A stretch of 64,000 nt of DNA from Cenococcum geophilum (taxonomy: Eukaryota). The notes beneath the pieces were generated by a model. That model saw only the letters and a list, made by a program, of their open reading frames with translations. It did not search any database and had not been told where the DNA came from. Of this stretch, positions 14,023 through 25,837 are shown piece by piece. The DNA is taken from positions 23,436,001 through 23,500,000 of the forward strand of contig CP158635.1 in assembly GCA_050273025.1 (NCBI GenBank), read 5' to 3'. Position numbers and translations under genes: made by a program. Position 1 is the first letter of the stretch, and each line of letters opens with the position of its first letter.

Positions 14023-14338
14023 TGAGACGTTTATGAAAAGAACGCTATGGGAAATGTGATGTGACATGCCATGGGTTGACGGTCTTAGAAGGCTGTATGA
14101 GGGTCGGTCTACGGCGTTTCAGGGTGAGTTCTGCATTCTGTGCACATCGAGAACAAGAGCACCTCGAATCAGTTATGGGAGAGTTAAAGACGTGCTTTTG
14201 TTCATCAGGAGAGAATTGAATCATAAACAAGGTTCTTTCCTTATTTTCAATTCGGAAAGACAGTACAGAACCCTTTACTCGCTCATCTTGTCCGGTCTCC
14301 CACCGCACACCATTGATCAATCCCGGCTTCCATTTTAC

Positions 14339-14877
14339 TTATTCAGACGTGATTTCTACCTTATTTTTGTCTATGATCCTATCAGATTCCATTCGAAGAC
14401 CAGTGTTCCATCTTTTCGCATTCATCTCGGCGCACGAATTGCGGTACTTACAAAAAGCAACGTAGCCCTCAATGTTCTTCGCCTTATCCTTCGGAGCTGG
14501 GTAATACCACGCCGCGTCCTTCAACTCCTTTCCATCAACCGAGATAGTATAGTATGAAGCAGTGCCCTTCCACGGACAAGCGCTGGTGGTCGAGGTCGGT
14601 TTGAAGTAGGATTCAGTGATCGAGCTGCGTCAGCTTCAGCTAGTATCACATAGCTTCTAGACTTGGGCTAGAATGGTAAATGGAGAGGGAGGCTTACGAG
14701 GGCGGGAACTTTGAGAGATGGCGTTAGCACATTCGACGTCATATCGAATGGACAAAGGCTAGGAAGCACGCTGGGAATTCCGGAACGGTGACTCACGTAG
14801 ATATTTCCTTCGACAACCTCGTAGTTGTCTGTGTCGGCGATCGTAACCCCGTCGACTTTTGCGGTTGCGTGAGGCAT
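14339..14877 (-). CDS. DUF427 domain protein (four exons)
   Basis: Spliced product MPHATAKVDGVTIADTDNYEVVEGNIY-FPPS-SITESYFKPTSTTSACPWKGTASYY...AAWYYPAP...GYVAFY-KNKVEITSE carries the CPWKG and AAWYYP signature. Confidence 0.88.
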
Positions 14878-15561
14878 GCCTACTATTGCTGTTATGTTTA
14901 AGGTCCTGTAGATGGAATTGAATGCAGTGACTCGAGGTTGATGGGCTCGGTGATGAGTTAGTGAAAGGAATGAGCTCCGCATAAAGTGCTTAGGCCATGT
15001 GAATTAAGGCGCGAAGGACGAAGGGAATCCGATAGCCGCATTTAGTGATGCTGACATACTCTGAAGCTCCATCGAAGCTTGCGTGCTCCCCGGTACCCCG
15101 CAATATTGGAGCTAATTCCGCCAGGGTTATCGATAAGCTGAGGTGGGGGCGTTTATTAAGCCTCCCGACTTCAACCGCTTCTCAGAGGTAATTCGTCCTA
15201 TATTTCCATCAATTGCATTACCATCCTATTCTAATCTAAAGGAAGAAGCCCTTCATGGGTATTAACAACCTCGGGGTTTAGGTGATGAAACATTACATAA
15301 TTACTGATACGGCATCAATCCTTTGGGCTAACAGAGATGAACTGTAGGGAACGGCATCTTTTTAGTTGCCGAAATATGATATTGTTGTTTAGTAGGTCCT
15401 GTCAGAATGCCCAAGAAAGACCATATTTGCGTAGACGGCCTAATAATTTGAGATGCCGTGAAAACGTATCCGAGGGATCAGTAAACAGTGGCTGCCAAAT
15501 ACTTTCGGAGCTGGGCTAAGAGACCAGCCACTGCGAACAACAACTTGACCGGGGATTCTTG

Positions 15562-15569
15562 TATAAAAA
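15562..15569 (+). promoter_or_regulatory. TATA box of the NmrA-like gene
   Basis: TATAAAAA about 70 bp upstream of ATG 15631. Confidence 0.5.
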
Positions 15570-15630
15570 TGGGAATCTGCGATCAACACTATATTTTCCA
15601 TAATTTCTTTTCCATTATCAAAGATTCAAC

Positions 15631-16705
15631 ATGGCTCTAATAACCGTTCTCGTCATCGGCGGCGCAGGAGCTCAAGGCGTCCCAATTGTGAAAGGTCAGT
15701 CCTTTATACATAATCTATGAGAAGCTACGAAAGCTAATAATTGTACTAGCTCTCTCAAATGACGGTAAATACTCCATTCGCGTCTTAACCAGGAATGCGG
15801 AATCCCCGACCGCAAAGGAGCTCCTTGAATTACCGAATGTCAGCATAGCCATCGGTGACAGCCAAAACGAATCAGATCTCCGAGCCGCATTCAAAGATGT
15901 AGACATGGCATTTGTCAATATCAACAGCTTCGCCCTTGGTATACGAGCTGAGATGTACTGGGGTACCCGCATATTCGAGATCGCCATCGAGAGCGGAGTC
16001 CAGCACTACGTCTGGTCGGCGTTAGAACCCGCTCTAAAATTGTCTGGATACAACGAGGACTTCCGCGTCGCTCATTATGAAGGGAAATCCAGAGTAACCG
16101 AATGGATGTCTGCACAACCACAAACTCCCATGAAGTGGTCCGTCATTACTACCGGCCCCTACATCGAGATGCTGTCCGAGTTATTGCGACCCGTCAAGGC
16201 AGAAGATGGCACCGTGGTCTTTGAGCTCCCGCTGGACGACGGTGCTGTGCCATTCATCCACCTTGACGACATTGGGCTCTACGTGTGCTGGATTCTGAAC
16301 AACCCTTCCGATTCTGCAGGCTTGAACCTGAAAGTCTCTACCGCGCACGTCACCGGTAATGAACTAGCCTCAGCCTTCACCTCCTTTACAGGCAAGCCTG
16401 CGCGCTACTACTCACTGCCGCTTGATGAATGGCATCTGAAGCATCCAGTAGGCCCACCCGGCTACAGATTGGGCTCTGAATACGAAGGTCCTGATGACCC
16501 GACTCTGTTAACGATCGAAAAGAGCTTTAGCAACTGGTGGAGGCTTTATCAGCATTCTGCTGGGAACAAAGGGCTGATCAAAACCGATTATGAGTTACTC
16601 AACCAGATTTTGCCGGAAAGAGTCAAGAGTGTGGGTGATTGGATGGAAAAGGTAGGATATACGGGAGAGAGGGTCAATGTCGCGAAGAATTATAGGGGAC
16701 ACTAA
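15631..16705 (+). CDS. NmrA-like NAD(P)-binding (atypical SDR) protein
   Basis: Rossmann motif VLVIGGAGAQG. Intron 15695-15749. Motifs GVQHYVWSALE, HYEGKSRV, TTGPYIEML and VPFIHLDDIG. Confidence 0.88.
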
Positions 16706-17185
16706 AGAGGGCCTCCTTTAGCAGATGTAGCAACAGGAAGAAAATAATTTACTTACTCCCGGAATTACACAAAGAACTGTACCGTTCAGGCGTAGACCAA
16801 TTTGCAGAAACAACTTTGGTATCATCCTGTCAGCTTAATTTCTAGAAACCGGTAGCAAAACTACTTAATTCTGTCTACTATGGCATCTCTCATTCTAGAA
16901 ATACCAACACCTAGCTTGCGAAGCTTGTAATGTTTGTATCATATCATGGTGGTATGATCTATTTCGGAACCAATATTAATATCGCAAAATATTACGCAAC
17001 GGAAGCATCACAAGTTCATCATTTTGCATGCATCTAAAGAACATGAGAGTTCCCTTAGCTTACTATTATATGACTTAGCTCCGTTCTTGATTTAAGATAC
17101 AGTAAGCTAGGAAATTGACTGGGAATCACCAAATGTAGATGTACCTCTCAAGCTTAGAAGTCTGCGCTGATTAAACTTCTAGGCC

Positions 17186-17280
17186 ATGCCTGAATCCAAT
17201 GACACACTCTACCACGTCAAATCGATAATGGTCGATTTCTACACCGACCCCACTGACGCAATACAGAAAGTAAAGAAAAC
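17186..17280 (+). pseudogene. 5' fragment of a fungal hypothetical gene, interrupted at the repeat boundary
   Basis: Non-RIP frame MPESNDTLYHVKSIMVDFYTDPTDAIQKVK runs directly into RIP-type sequence. It resembles, from memory, the N-terminus of an uncharacterised ascomycete family (LYHVKRT..D...DPSGA). Confidence 0.45.
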
Positions 17281-17833
17281 TGTAGCTATATAAGATCTAC
17301 TATCTAGCTTAAAAACCAGCTATATTACTTATAATTAACGGCACGGATTATATTGTTAGCCATTTAAAATTAAAGTACGGTATCGTATTAAACCTAAAAA
17401 GCTATAGCAGCGTGGTTAGTTGCCCGACGTCTAGATCGTTAAGGTTTAGACGGCCAGATTGGCCAGATTGATAAGGCCCGATTACAAACGTCTACAGACG
17501 GCGGATAGGGCTGCATAGCCTAGTTTTAAGCCTTTTTAGGTATGGTTTAGGGGTAACTTAGGGGGAAACAGCGAATGCACGAACTATGCATAACCAAAAA
17601 CAACGCGAACGCGTCCTTCTACGCCTCTTTTACGCGTATCCAGAGGTACAAAGAGCTCTATTAGTCGGATCCAGTCCGGATTAAGACGGATAACTTCATA
17701 GACTCCCTACCGAGTCTCCTACGTCCCTTATACCTTCTCGCTATTCTAGTTATTTTCTTAGTTTATATTTTTTTTATTAAAGCCACTAGATTCGAGTAAT
17801 CCCTAATCCTAGTATAAGGCGCTCGGTCTACCT
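17281..17833. mobile_element. Unclassified RIP-mutated repeat fragment (possible LTR start TG at 17281)
   Basis: RIP composition, non-coding, lies between the gene stub and the hAT terminus. No partner copy in the window. Confidence 0.4.
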
Positions 17834-19353
17834 CAGCGATGCAACTGGTTTGGATTGGATACAAAAATAAGGCAAAAACCAATCCAGATTTCAAATTAAA
17901 GCTTTAAACCGGTTATATAACCGGTTTAACCAATTAGAACCAAATATAAGATATAGATTTAGGGGTGATCTAGTGTACAGAAAGGTAAGAAAGCTAAAAG
18001 GAAGCTATGACGTTATTAAGAAAATAGAGAGCCTATAGAGCCTCCGCAAAGTCAGTAAAAAATACCAGTAGTATTAATTATTGTACGTACTATCGCGAGC
18101 CTTGGTATGGTATTAAGCCTTAATTAATTCTTAATTAGTGTATATTTTACCTTAGCGTCGCCTTAATTATTATCTTTATCTAAGCTCTTATCTACTCCCT
18201 TATATGCTTCCTTAACTACCTCCTCTCCCTCCTCTCCCTCCTCTCCCTCCTACTCATTAATATTAGAATCGTTACCTTTATTAAAGGCTCCGGGCTCCAG
18301 ACGCCCAAACCACAACTTAAGGCACTTATTCGCTTCAATAATGTCGGCTTTAAGGCAATTACGAGAGTTAGTAATTAGATGCTTTATGAAACTAAATACG
18401 CGTTCGCATTCGGCGCTTATTAATAGTATAGCTAATATATTAAGGGCGAATCTAGCAAGATCTGATTATAAGAGGTAGAGGCTATTCCAATAGGCTAGAG
18501 AATTAGTAACTTCCTTTAGGTTGCTTTTAATATAAGCTTAATAGGCGTCCGATTTACTATAAGGCACAAATTTAGTCTACTTATAATTTTTTAGGCTATT
18601 AAAAGTCTTACCTTATACAAGGCTAATTGGGGTAGGTAGTGTAGCAGTTATAGGAGTATTATACTTATCCTTATACTCCTTTAGCTAGAGCTCCTCTATA
18701 AGGCCTTATACGCCGTAATTAATTAAATTCTTAGGATTGCTAGTAAGCTAATACTTTTTATTCTTATCTTAATTAAATTACTAATAAAACCACTACTACT
18801 TCTTATTTAGTAAAAGCACCTAAGCTATATAATAAGCAGCGCTGTTATCTACTATATTATAGTACTTTTTACACTTCCCCTAAGATATACAGGTGGCTGC
18901 TTTAAGGTAGGTATATTCCTTATAATTACCGTACTATTTACGGTATTCTTTAAAATTAATTTAGGCGTTCTATATGCAATTAAGAAGCTAATCTATTATA
19001 GTAAACTAGCGGTAGAGCGTGTGCTTATAGCCTTAGCCGTATATAGTTACTTTATAAAAAGGTTATAGTACGGATAAGAGCTTCTTAAGGAGAAACTAGT
19101 AATATAGTATAAGGCAATCGTTCTTAATTCTATTACCACGCTTTAGCATATAGATATTATAAAACTTTTAAATACAAAACTTATAGTTTATTACTTATAT
19201 AATAGAGGAAAAATAGAAATTCTATTATATGGCGTTGCTTTATATAAGCTATAAAGTAGTAAATAAGAATATTTTAATAAGTTAAATATTATAACCGTAG
19301 CCTAGAGTAATATAAAATCCGGCGCTAGCTCTAATTAAACCCCTATCTTATAA
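17834..19353 (-). mobile_element. hAT-superfamily DNA transposon, 3' part (RIP-degraded transposase)
   Basis: Minus strand ~18300-18470 reads PDLARFALNILAILLISAECERVFS...NSRNCLKADIIEANKCLKLWFG (hAT dimerisation domain). Candidate terminus CAGCGATGCAACTGG at 17834, with subterminal palindrome AAACCGGTTATATAACCGGTTT. Confidence 0.85.
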
Positions 19354-19425
19354 TATTGGTCTTATAAGGTAATATTACGTAGCTACGGTTCGTAGATAGT
19401 ATAATAATTATTATTCTATATCTTC

Positions 19426-19588
19426 TGTCACGGCACTGACCTGACGCGTTGTTATGGCTACGCGTATGCATGAGCACGGACCTGACCCCTGAGCGACGTG
19501 TATATATACCACCTCACCTCCTACATAGATCCTCACACGACATCGTTTGTCAATGATATACAGTCACCTCGTACATCGTACCTTGACA
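19426..19588. mobile_element. 163-bp solo LTR (TGTCA...TGACA) related to the Gypsy F LTR terminus
   Basis: Inverted termini TGTCA/TGACA and an internal TATATATA. First 17 nt TGTCACGGCACTGACCT equal the reverse complement of 61591-61607. CpA dinucleotides are retained. Confidence 0.8.
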
Positions 19589-20789
19589 GTAGTATAATAA
19601 TTATTATTCTATATCTTCTTTCTTAAGGAAGGGCAAGGAGCTTAAGGCTCCTTACCACGCTTATACCGCGGCAACACGTAACAGCAACTTACCTTATATA
19701 ACGGCAACTTGCCTCGCGTAAAGGCAACTTGCCTATATTCCCAATACTAGTAACTCTTCTTTTATAGTTGCTATCTATATATATATACCACTCGACTAGC
19801 GTAATAAATATTAATCCTCTTTACTTACTATTACTATTATAATATAAGTGTTGGGAATAAAGGCAAGTGGTCACCATATAAGGCATATTGCCGTCACATA
19901 TGGCAAGTTACCGTCACGTATCGCCGCGGCACTAGCGTGGCGAGGAGCCTTAAGCTCCTCGCCCTCCCTTATAGAAGATATATAGAATAATTATTATACT
20001 ATCTACGAACCGTAGCTACGTGATATTACCTTATATAACCAACACTAATTAGTAATTAACTTTACTGTTATACTATAAAATAGCTAGGTATTCCACCAAA
20101 AAGAGACAAGCTACTATACTAGTGCTACTTATACTAGAGGAAGCTATCTTTTAAGGTTAAAACTGGTCCTAAACCTTAAATAGAACTCTTCTATAAATCT
20201 AAAGATCTAAAGGCTAGAACTAGTCCTAAGCCTTTCTAAGATTATAGATTCTTGCGTCTATTACGCAGAATAATATACTTTATAAGTCTTTACAATTTAA
20301 GGCTAGAACTAGTCTTAAGCCTTATAATTATAAATATACGTTATAAACGCGTACTAAATAACAAATATATATTACGAACGCGTACTAAATAATAATCCCT
20401 ATACTAATAACACTTCCCTCCCTCCGAAAATATGGCTACGCCTACTTTAAGTAGCTAGAAGAGCTCCTTGTTGCTGGGGGTGGCTGGGTATATAGAGCTT
20501 GTTGATAGAGGTTGAGACGGGTTCGCCTTTAATATAAAAACTTATACCGCAAAACAAGTTAATAGCTTTCTCCTATACTATATTATATTCTACTAAAATA
20601 GATACTATACTAATTTATAACTATGGGAGTACTTTAGGGAGGATTTTATAGGATAGACTGCCGATACCTAGGTACTTAGCAATATTAATATCGTTTAGAA
20701 TTTTTAAGACTTCCTCTATAAAAATAGGGTATATATTACTAAGAACGGTAACCCAATTACTAGCAATATTTAGGCCGTTATTATTAATA

Positions 20790-23648
20790 TTATTATTCAT
20801 TGCTTAACGTCCGATTCGGATCCCTATTGGGCCCACGCGGACTACTCCTTATATACATATGGGGAGAAAACTCTATTTGAGAAAACCCCGTGATCTATCT
20901 CCCTGCCTTTTGGGACTCGCCTACAAGGCGCCTGCGAGGCGCCTGCGAGTCACCTATAGTGCTCTACTACCTTACTTTTTAACCTTTTTAGGAACCACTG
21001 CTGCCGTAATAAGCCTACGGACGCGCTAGTATCGTAAACTTTACTCTACCACTATAGAGTTATTAGGGGGTGCCTATTACTTGCCCCCCCGCCCTTTATT
21101 GCCATTTCCTTTATAACTTAGAACTAGTTTAGTATATTTTAGCTAATAAGCCACTAGGTAACCGCCTTAAGGCCTTTTTATATTAAGAGTAGTATATTAT
21201 AGTTCTCTATGCCAGCTACTAAGAGTATTACTTCTTAGTTGGTGCGTAAGGGGCATAACAGTATTACGTGTTTTAGTATCTATCTTAGCCAGCTACATTT
21301 GCATCTTAGGCTACCTACTAAAATACCCACCTAGTAGAGCTAGTCTTTTAGTCCTATTATTCCTATTCTTAAGAGTGTTACTATTATATTTTCTACCTTT
21401 ATTAGGCCTTCTTAGAGCCCTTAAGTATTTACCCCCTATAGCGTTAACTATGCTACGGCTTAGGTTCCTCTTACCTTAGTTAGCCTCTATACCTTTAACT
21501 CCTATACGCCTCTCCAGCGTTAGTCCAGCCAGTATTATATTACGGTAGATGGTTTCCTAGCATTCTTTTATACTCTACTTTTGCTCCTTTCTCTCTCTTA
21601 CTATTGTCTTTACTAGCCTCTTACGCGTCTCCCTTCCTCCTCTATATAGGCCTAGGCCCTAAAGCAGCACTATTCTTCTTCTGCTTTCTTTACCTATTTT
21701 TCTAATATATCTTCCCTACTTTAGGGTTATTAGTTTATTCTCCTATAGGGCGCCCTAGGGTCCCTCTATAGTTTATTTAGGCGTGTCTTAATATACTTTA
21801 TAACATTAAAGTTACGTTTATTTTACGCCCTTTATATTACAGCGGCTTTAATATATAGTTATAGGGGGGGAATATTAGCTTCCTTTTTAAGTAGTGCTAT
21901 AGCCGTTCGCTTATATCCGCCTATTATACTCTAGAGGTAGGCTATTTAGACCTTTTAGAGTAGTTTAAGGAGCGATTTAGGGGGGCCTTTCTTAGATTCT
22001 TTAATGGCCTAAATACTAGACCTATACGTCATGGTTAGCCGGACAACTACTATATATAGTAGGCGTGACCTCTAAAAGCATAGACCCTATATAGAATTAA
22101 CGATCCTAGATAATATAATATACTATACTTGGCCCTTACGGGCCGCTTATACCGTATATATACTCTACTAGAGCTTACTGTCTACCTATACTCCTAATAC
22201 CCTTAGACCCTAAACTGGTTAACCCCTAAAGCCTTAAATATAAATTATATGCTAGAGATCTATAAATTGGTTACATTTTCTTATAAAGTGGATTAGCTGG
22301 TATTTCTCTAATAAGAATTGGACTCTATATTATCTTACCTATTCTATATAGGTATTATAAGCTTTCTCTAGTGTTCTACAATTTTCTGCAGCTGTTGGCC
22401 TGTATATAATTAGGTTTATATTATTAATAAAGCCTATCCCCTAAGTCGCCCCTTCCTTAAAGGAGTTAAGCAGGTTACTTATAAAGAAAAGGAAGAGTAT
22501 AGGCGAGAGGGGTAATCCTTATAGTATTCCTGTTGCAACTATAATAGGGGGGCTTTAGTATCCGCTAAAGACTAGTAATATTTCTTTCTAACCTATAAAC
22601 CCTTAAACAAATTATATAATCCATTCTAGGAAGCCTTTTACCCTAAGGATATATAGGAGACGCTCGTAGGGTACGTTATTATAGGCGCCGCTAATATCTA
22701 GGCTAAGCATTAATACTATAAAGTCCCTTCGCATCGCCTATACGGATTTAATGGTGGCAGCGAGTAGCGTAAGTGCTGATAGTGTTAAGCGGTTCTTTCT
22801 TGCCCCTATTTAGCTTTATAGTAGTAAGTTGTATTCCTTAGCTATATCTGCCATGCAGTCCGCTATTACCTTTTCTAAAATCTTGCTAAGGGTGTTTTCT
22901 AAGGCAATAGGGCGGTAGCTTCCTAGGATTAAGTAATCTGCTTTACCTTCTTTCTATAAAACAACCGTCGTTATAGCTCTTCTAAGTCGCGGGTAGTAGC
23001 CTATAGTAAAGTATACCCTAGCTATATCTGTAAGCTAGGGTGCTATAAGTAGTCTATAGGTTTTTAAGGCCTTATTTGGAATTCTATCTGGTCCTAGTAC
23101 TATATTATTTAAAAGGCGGCTAATAATTCTAGCCATTTCCTTAGTTATTATGTCGCTGTTAACCCTCAGGTAAGTCACCGGTGTTTTACCTATGATATTA
23201 CTAAGGTCTACTGGAGCTAGTTAGGGGAAGAACCTTTCTATAAGGATCTTTACCTTCTTATTATTGTTATTAGTGGCCTATAATTCCCCTGCTCTTTATA
23301 GGGGTGGTAGGTATAGGTCTTCTGCTAGGCGCCCTGCCTTTTTCTTTACCTATTTTGCTATAGCCCAAAGGCCCTTGTTATAGGGGAGGCTTAGGTTAGA
23401 AGTGTGCTCGTTTATAAACCGTCTCCAGTTATTCCTTACTTCTTTCTTTAGGGTATTCTTTAACTGGTTTCTCGTGTCTTTGTATTATCTCTCGTCTTCG
23501 GGGTTATAGCTACTTATGTATTTCCTTCTTACTTGTCGTTGGCTGGTAATAAGAACCGCGCATTATACGGACCATGCGTGTCGCGTGTAGGGGCCCGGTT
23601 TTAAGACCGGGCAGTACTCTTCTAGCCCGTTTTTAATCGCTGCCTAGA
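20790..23648 (-). mobile_element. Tad1-like LINE copy 1, 5'-truncated
   Basis: RT motifs MLSLDISGAY, G.PLSPILFLF and FVDD-like. C-terminal C-x-C-x7-H-x4-C knuckle. Short (TAA)n tail. 12-bp TSD TTATTATTAATA at 20778-20789 and 23649-23660. Confidence 0.9.
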
Positions 23649-25837
23649 TTATTATTAATATAAAAGAACTAATATAGACGGAAGCTAAGATTATATATTA
23701 ACTATAGAAACCTAAAAATAACCTATATTCTTTAGAAGGCAACTTTAATTTATATTAAAACCCCTAAAATGCTAACCCCCTACTTAGAGCTACTCTCCTA
23801 CCTAAAGGTACTTTCCTACTTAGAGTTACTTCGCCTCTACCTCCTCCACTCTAGCTAACCAGTAAGCCTTTACTATAAAAAGTTACAAATTTAATAAAGG
23901 TATATTTAGATAAAGAGAAGAAGTTTAAAGGAGAACTGTATAATATACTTAAAGCAAAACTATAGGTCTTTTATAACTATTATAATAAGGTTAGAATTTA
24001 ACGCCATTAATACTATTACACTTTCTCTGTTATATTAAAGAGATAGGTAATAATATTTTATTACAACTATATTACGGGTAAAAACTTAAACTATAACTTT
24101 AATATAATACTTTAGCTTACTAGAGCCCACTTTAAGACTAATAAGAATTACTAACTTTATATATCTAAATGGCGGGAGACTATATTCTAAAGAGTTATTA
24201 CTTTTAACCTAATAAAGACTTATTTAGAGTGCCTTTAACTACTCTTTAATAAACTCTAGAAAATCTAATATAGCCTTACTAAAACTTACTAAAATAAGAA
24301 TAGTTTAAGGGACTAAGTTATTTTAGCCTACTATAGCGTTCCTAAGTGCAATTTAGCGCTATATAAACCTATAGATATATTTAAAGGAGTATATACTAAA
24401 CTACGTTCCGCTATAGGTACTATAATATAAATATAAGAACCTTAATAGTTCTATACTAAAAACCTTACCTAACTAAGTATTCCTAATTAATATAATTATA
24501 ACTAGACTAACTAAATATATAGTAGCCGTAGTAGGGAATACGGTAAAGGGTATAATTAACGTTAACTATAAGGCAATTATAGAAGTCCTTATAGAGGTTT
24601 ATTTTAAAGTAATTACTAAAAGAAGTGCTATATTTATAAGAAGCCAAATTGCTAATTAACTAGATACTCCCTTAATAAGCAAAAGGAGGTATATAATAAG
24701 TTCTGTTAGAGTATAAAAAACGTTAGAAATTATAAAGTTATTATAGCCTACTTTTAAAGCTTCCTAGTTTAATATAAAGGCGCAAAAAATCTTAAGGGTA
24801 AGGTTAATAAGACTAAATAGCTCCTTATAGATATAGAAATTAAGGACTACTTTCCTAACTAATACTTTACTAAGTATAGTAAGGTAGATAGTATATAAAC
24901 TATCACCGTTCTTAATAATTAATCTACGCTCCATTCTATTATAAAATTAGATATCTTTAATAAGCTAAAGGAGAGTTCTACGTTTTCCTTTAATAATAAA
25001 TACTTGGCGTGTGTCTTTTATAGTATTATATTAGATATAGGAGCTATAGGAGTATCTATAGTAGGAGAACTTTAAGTTTAAGCTCTTTAGTAGCTTAATA
25101 GCTTTATTTAGATTAACTAATTAACGGCAGGCTAATATATGATTTACTTTAGTAAAGGTACTATAATCTCTCTTAGTATAATTAGGGTCCAAACCCCCTT
25201 AAGATATATTACTTTCCATATTATTCCTATAAATACTCCGTTTTTATTTTACATTAAAGATATAAATAAGTTAGGTGTTAGGCTTAATAACCTTAAGAAT
25301 ATACTTATTTAAGGAGATAATTAGGTGCCTATTATACGCAAATAGGGTTACCCCTAGTTGCTCCTTTATTAACTAAAAAAGAGTATTACTTAGAGCTACT
25401 TAACTAAATTAGAATTACACTAACTACACCGCTATTTTGGCCACCTATCCGTTTATTAATTACTTAGGGTTCTTTAGCAAGTAGGCTATAAAGTTAAGGT
25501 TAAGGTAATTAAGCATCTTATAAAGTATTACTATTACTACTAAATAAACCAGAAGTCCCCTAGCCAATTTAAGTTTACCCTTAAGGATAACTATAACTTT
25601 AACTTTTATATTATTATTAACGTTATATATCTTAGCGGTAAACTAGTGCTTTAAGTTATTAACTTCTTAACCTTTCTCCAAGCCGCGCGTTTCTTAAAAT
25701 ATATATTAGCTAAAAACGTATAAGATACCCTTTAGTTATACTAAATTAATATCTATTTAGGACCCCCTAATTAAATTATCTATAATATAAAAAAGAATTT
25801 CTTATTTATAGAGTTTTAATAATAGATAAAGGTAATA

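Noticed and set aside
630..14557. Overlapping antisense or alternate-frame ORFs in the gene-rich region (e.g. 630-944, 5718-6170, 10287-10658, 14066-14557)
   Set aside because: They are shadows of well-supported spliced genes and have no recognisable motifs.
17281..19353. Starship or other giant-element boundary
   Set aside because: No tyrosine-recombinase captain is recognisable. The coding remnant is a hAT transposase.
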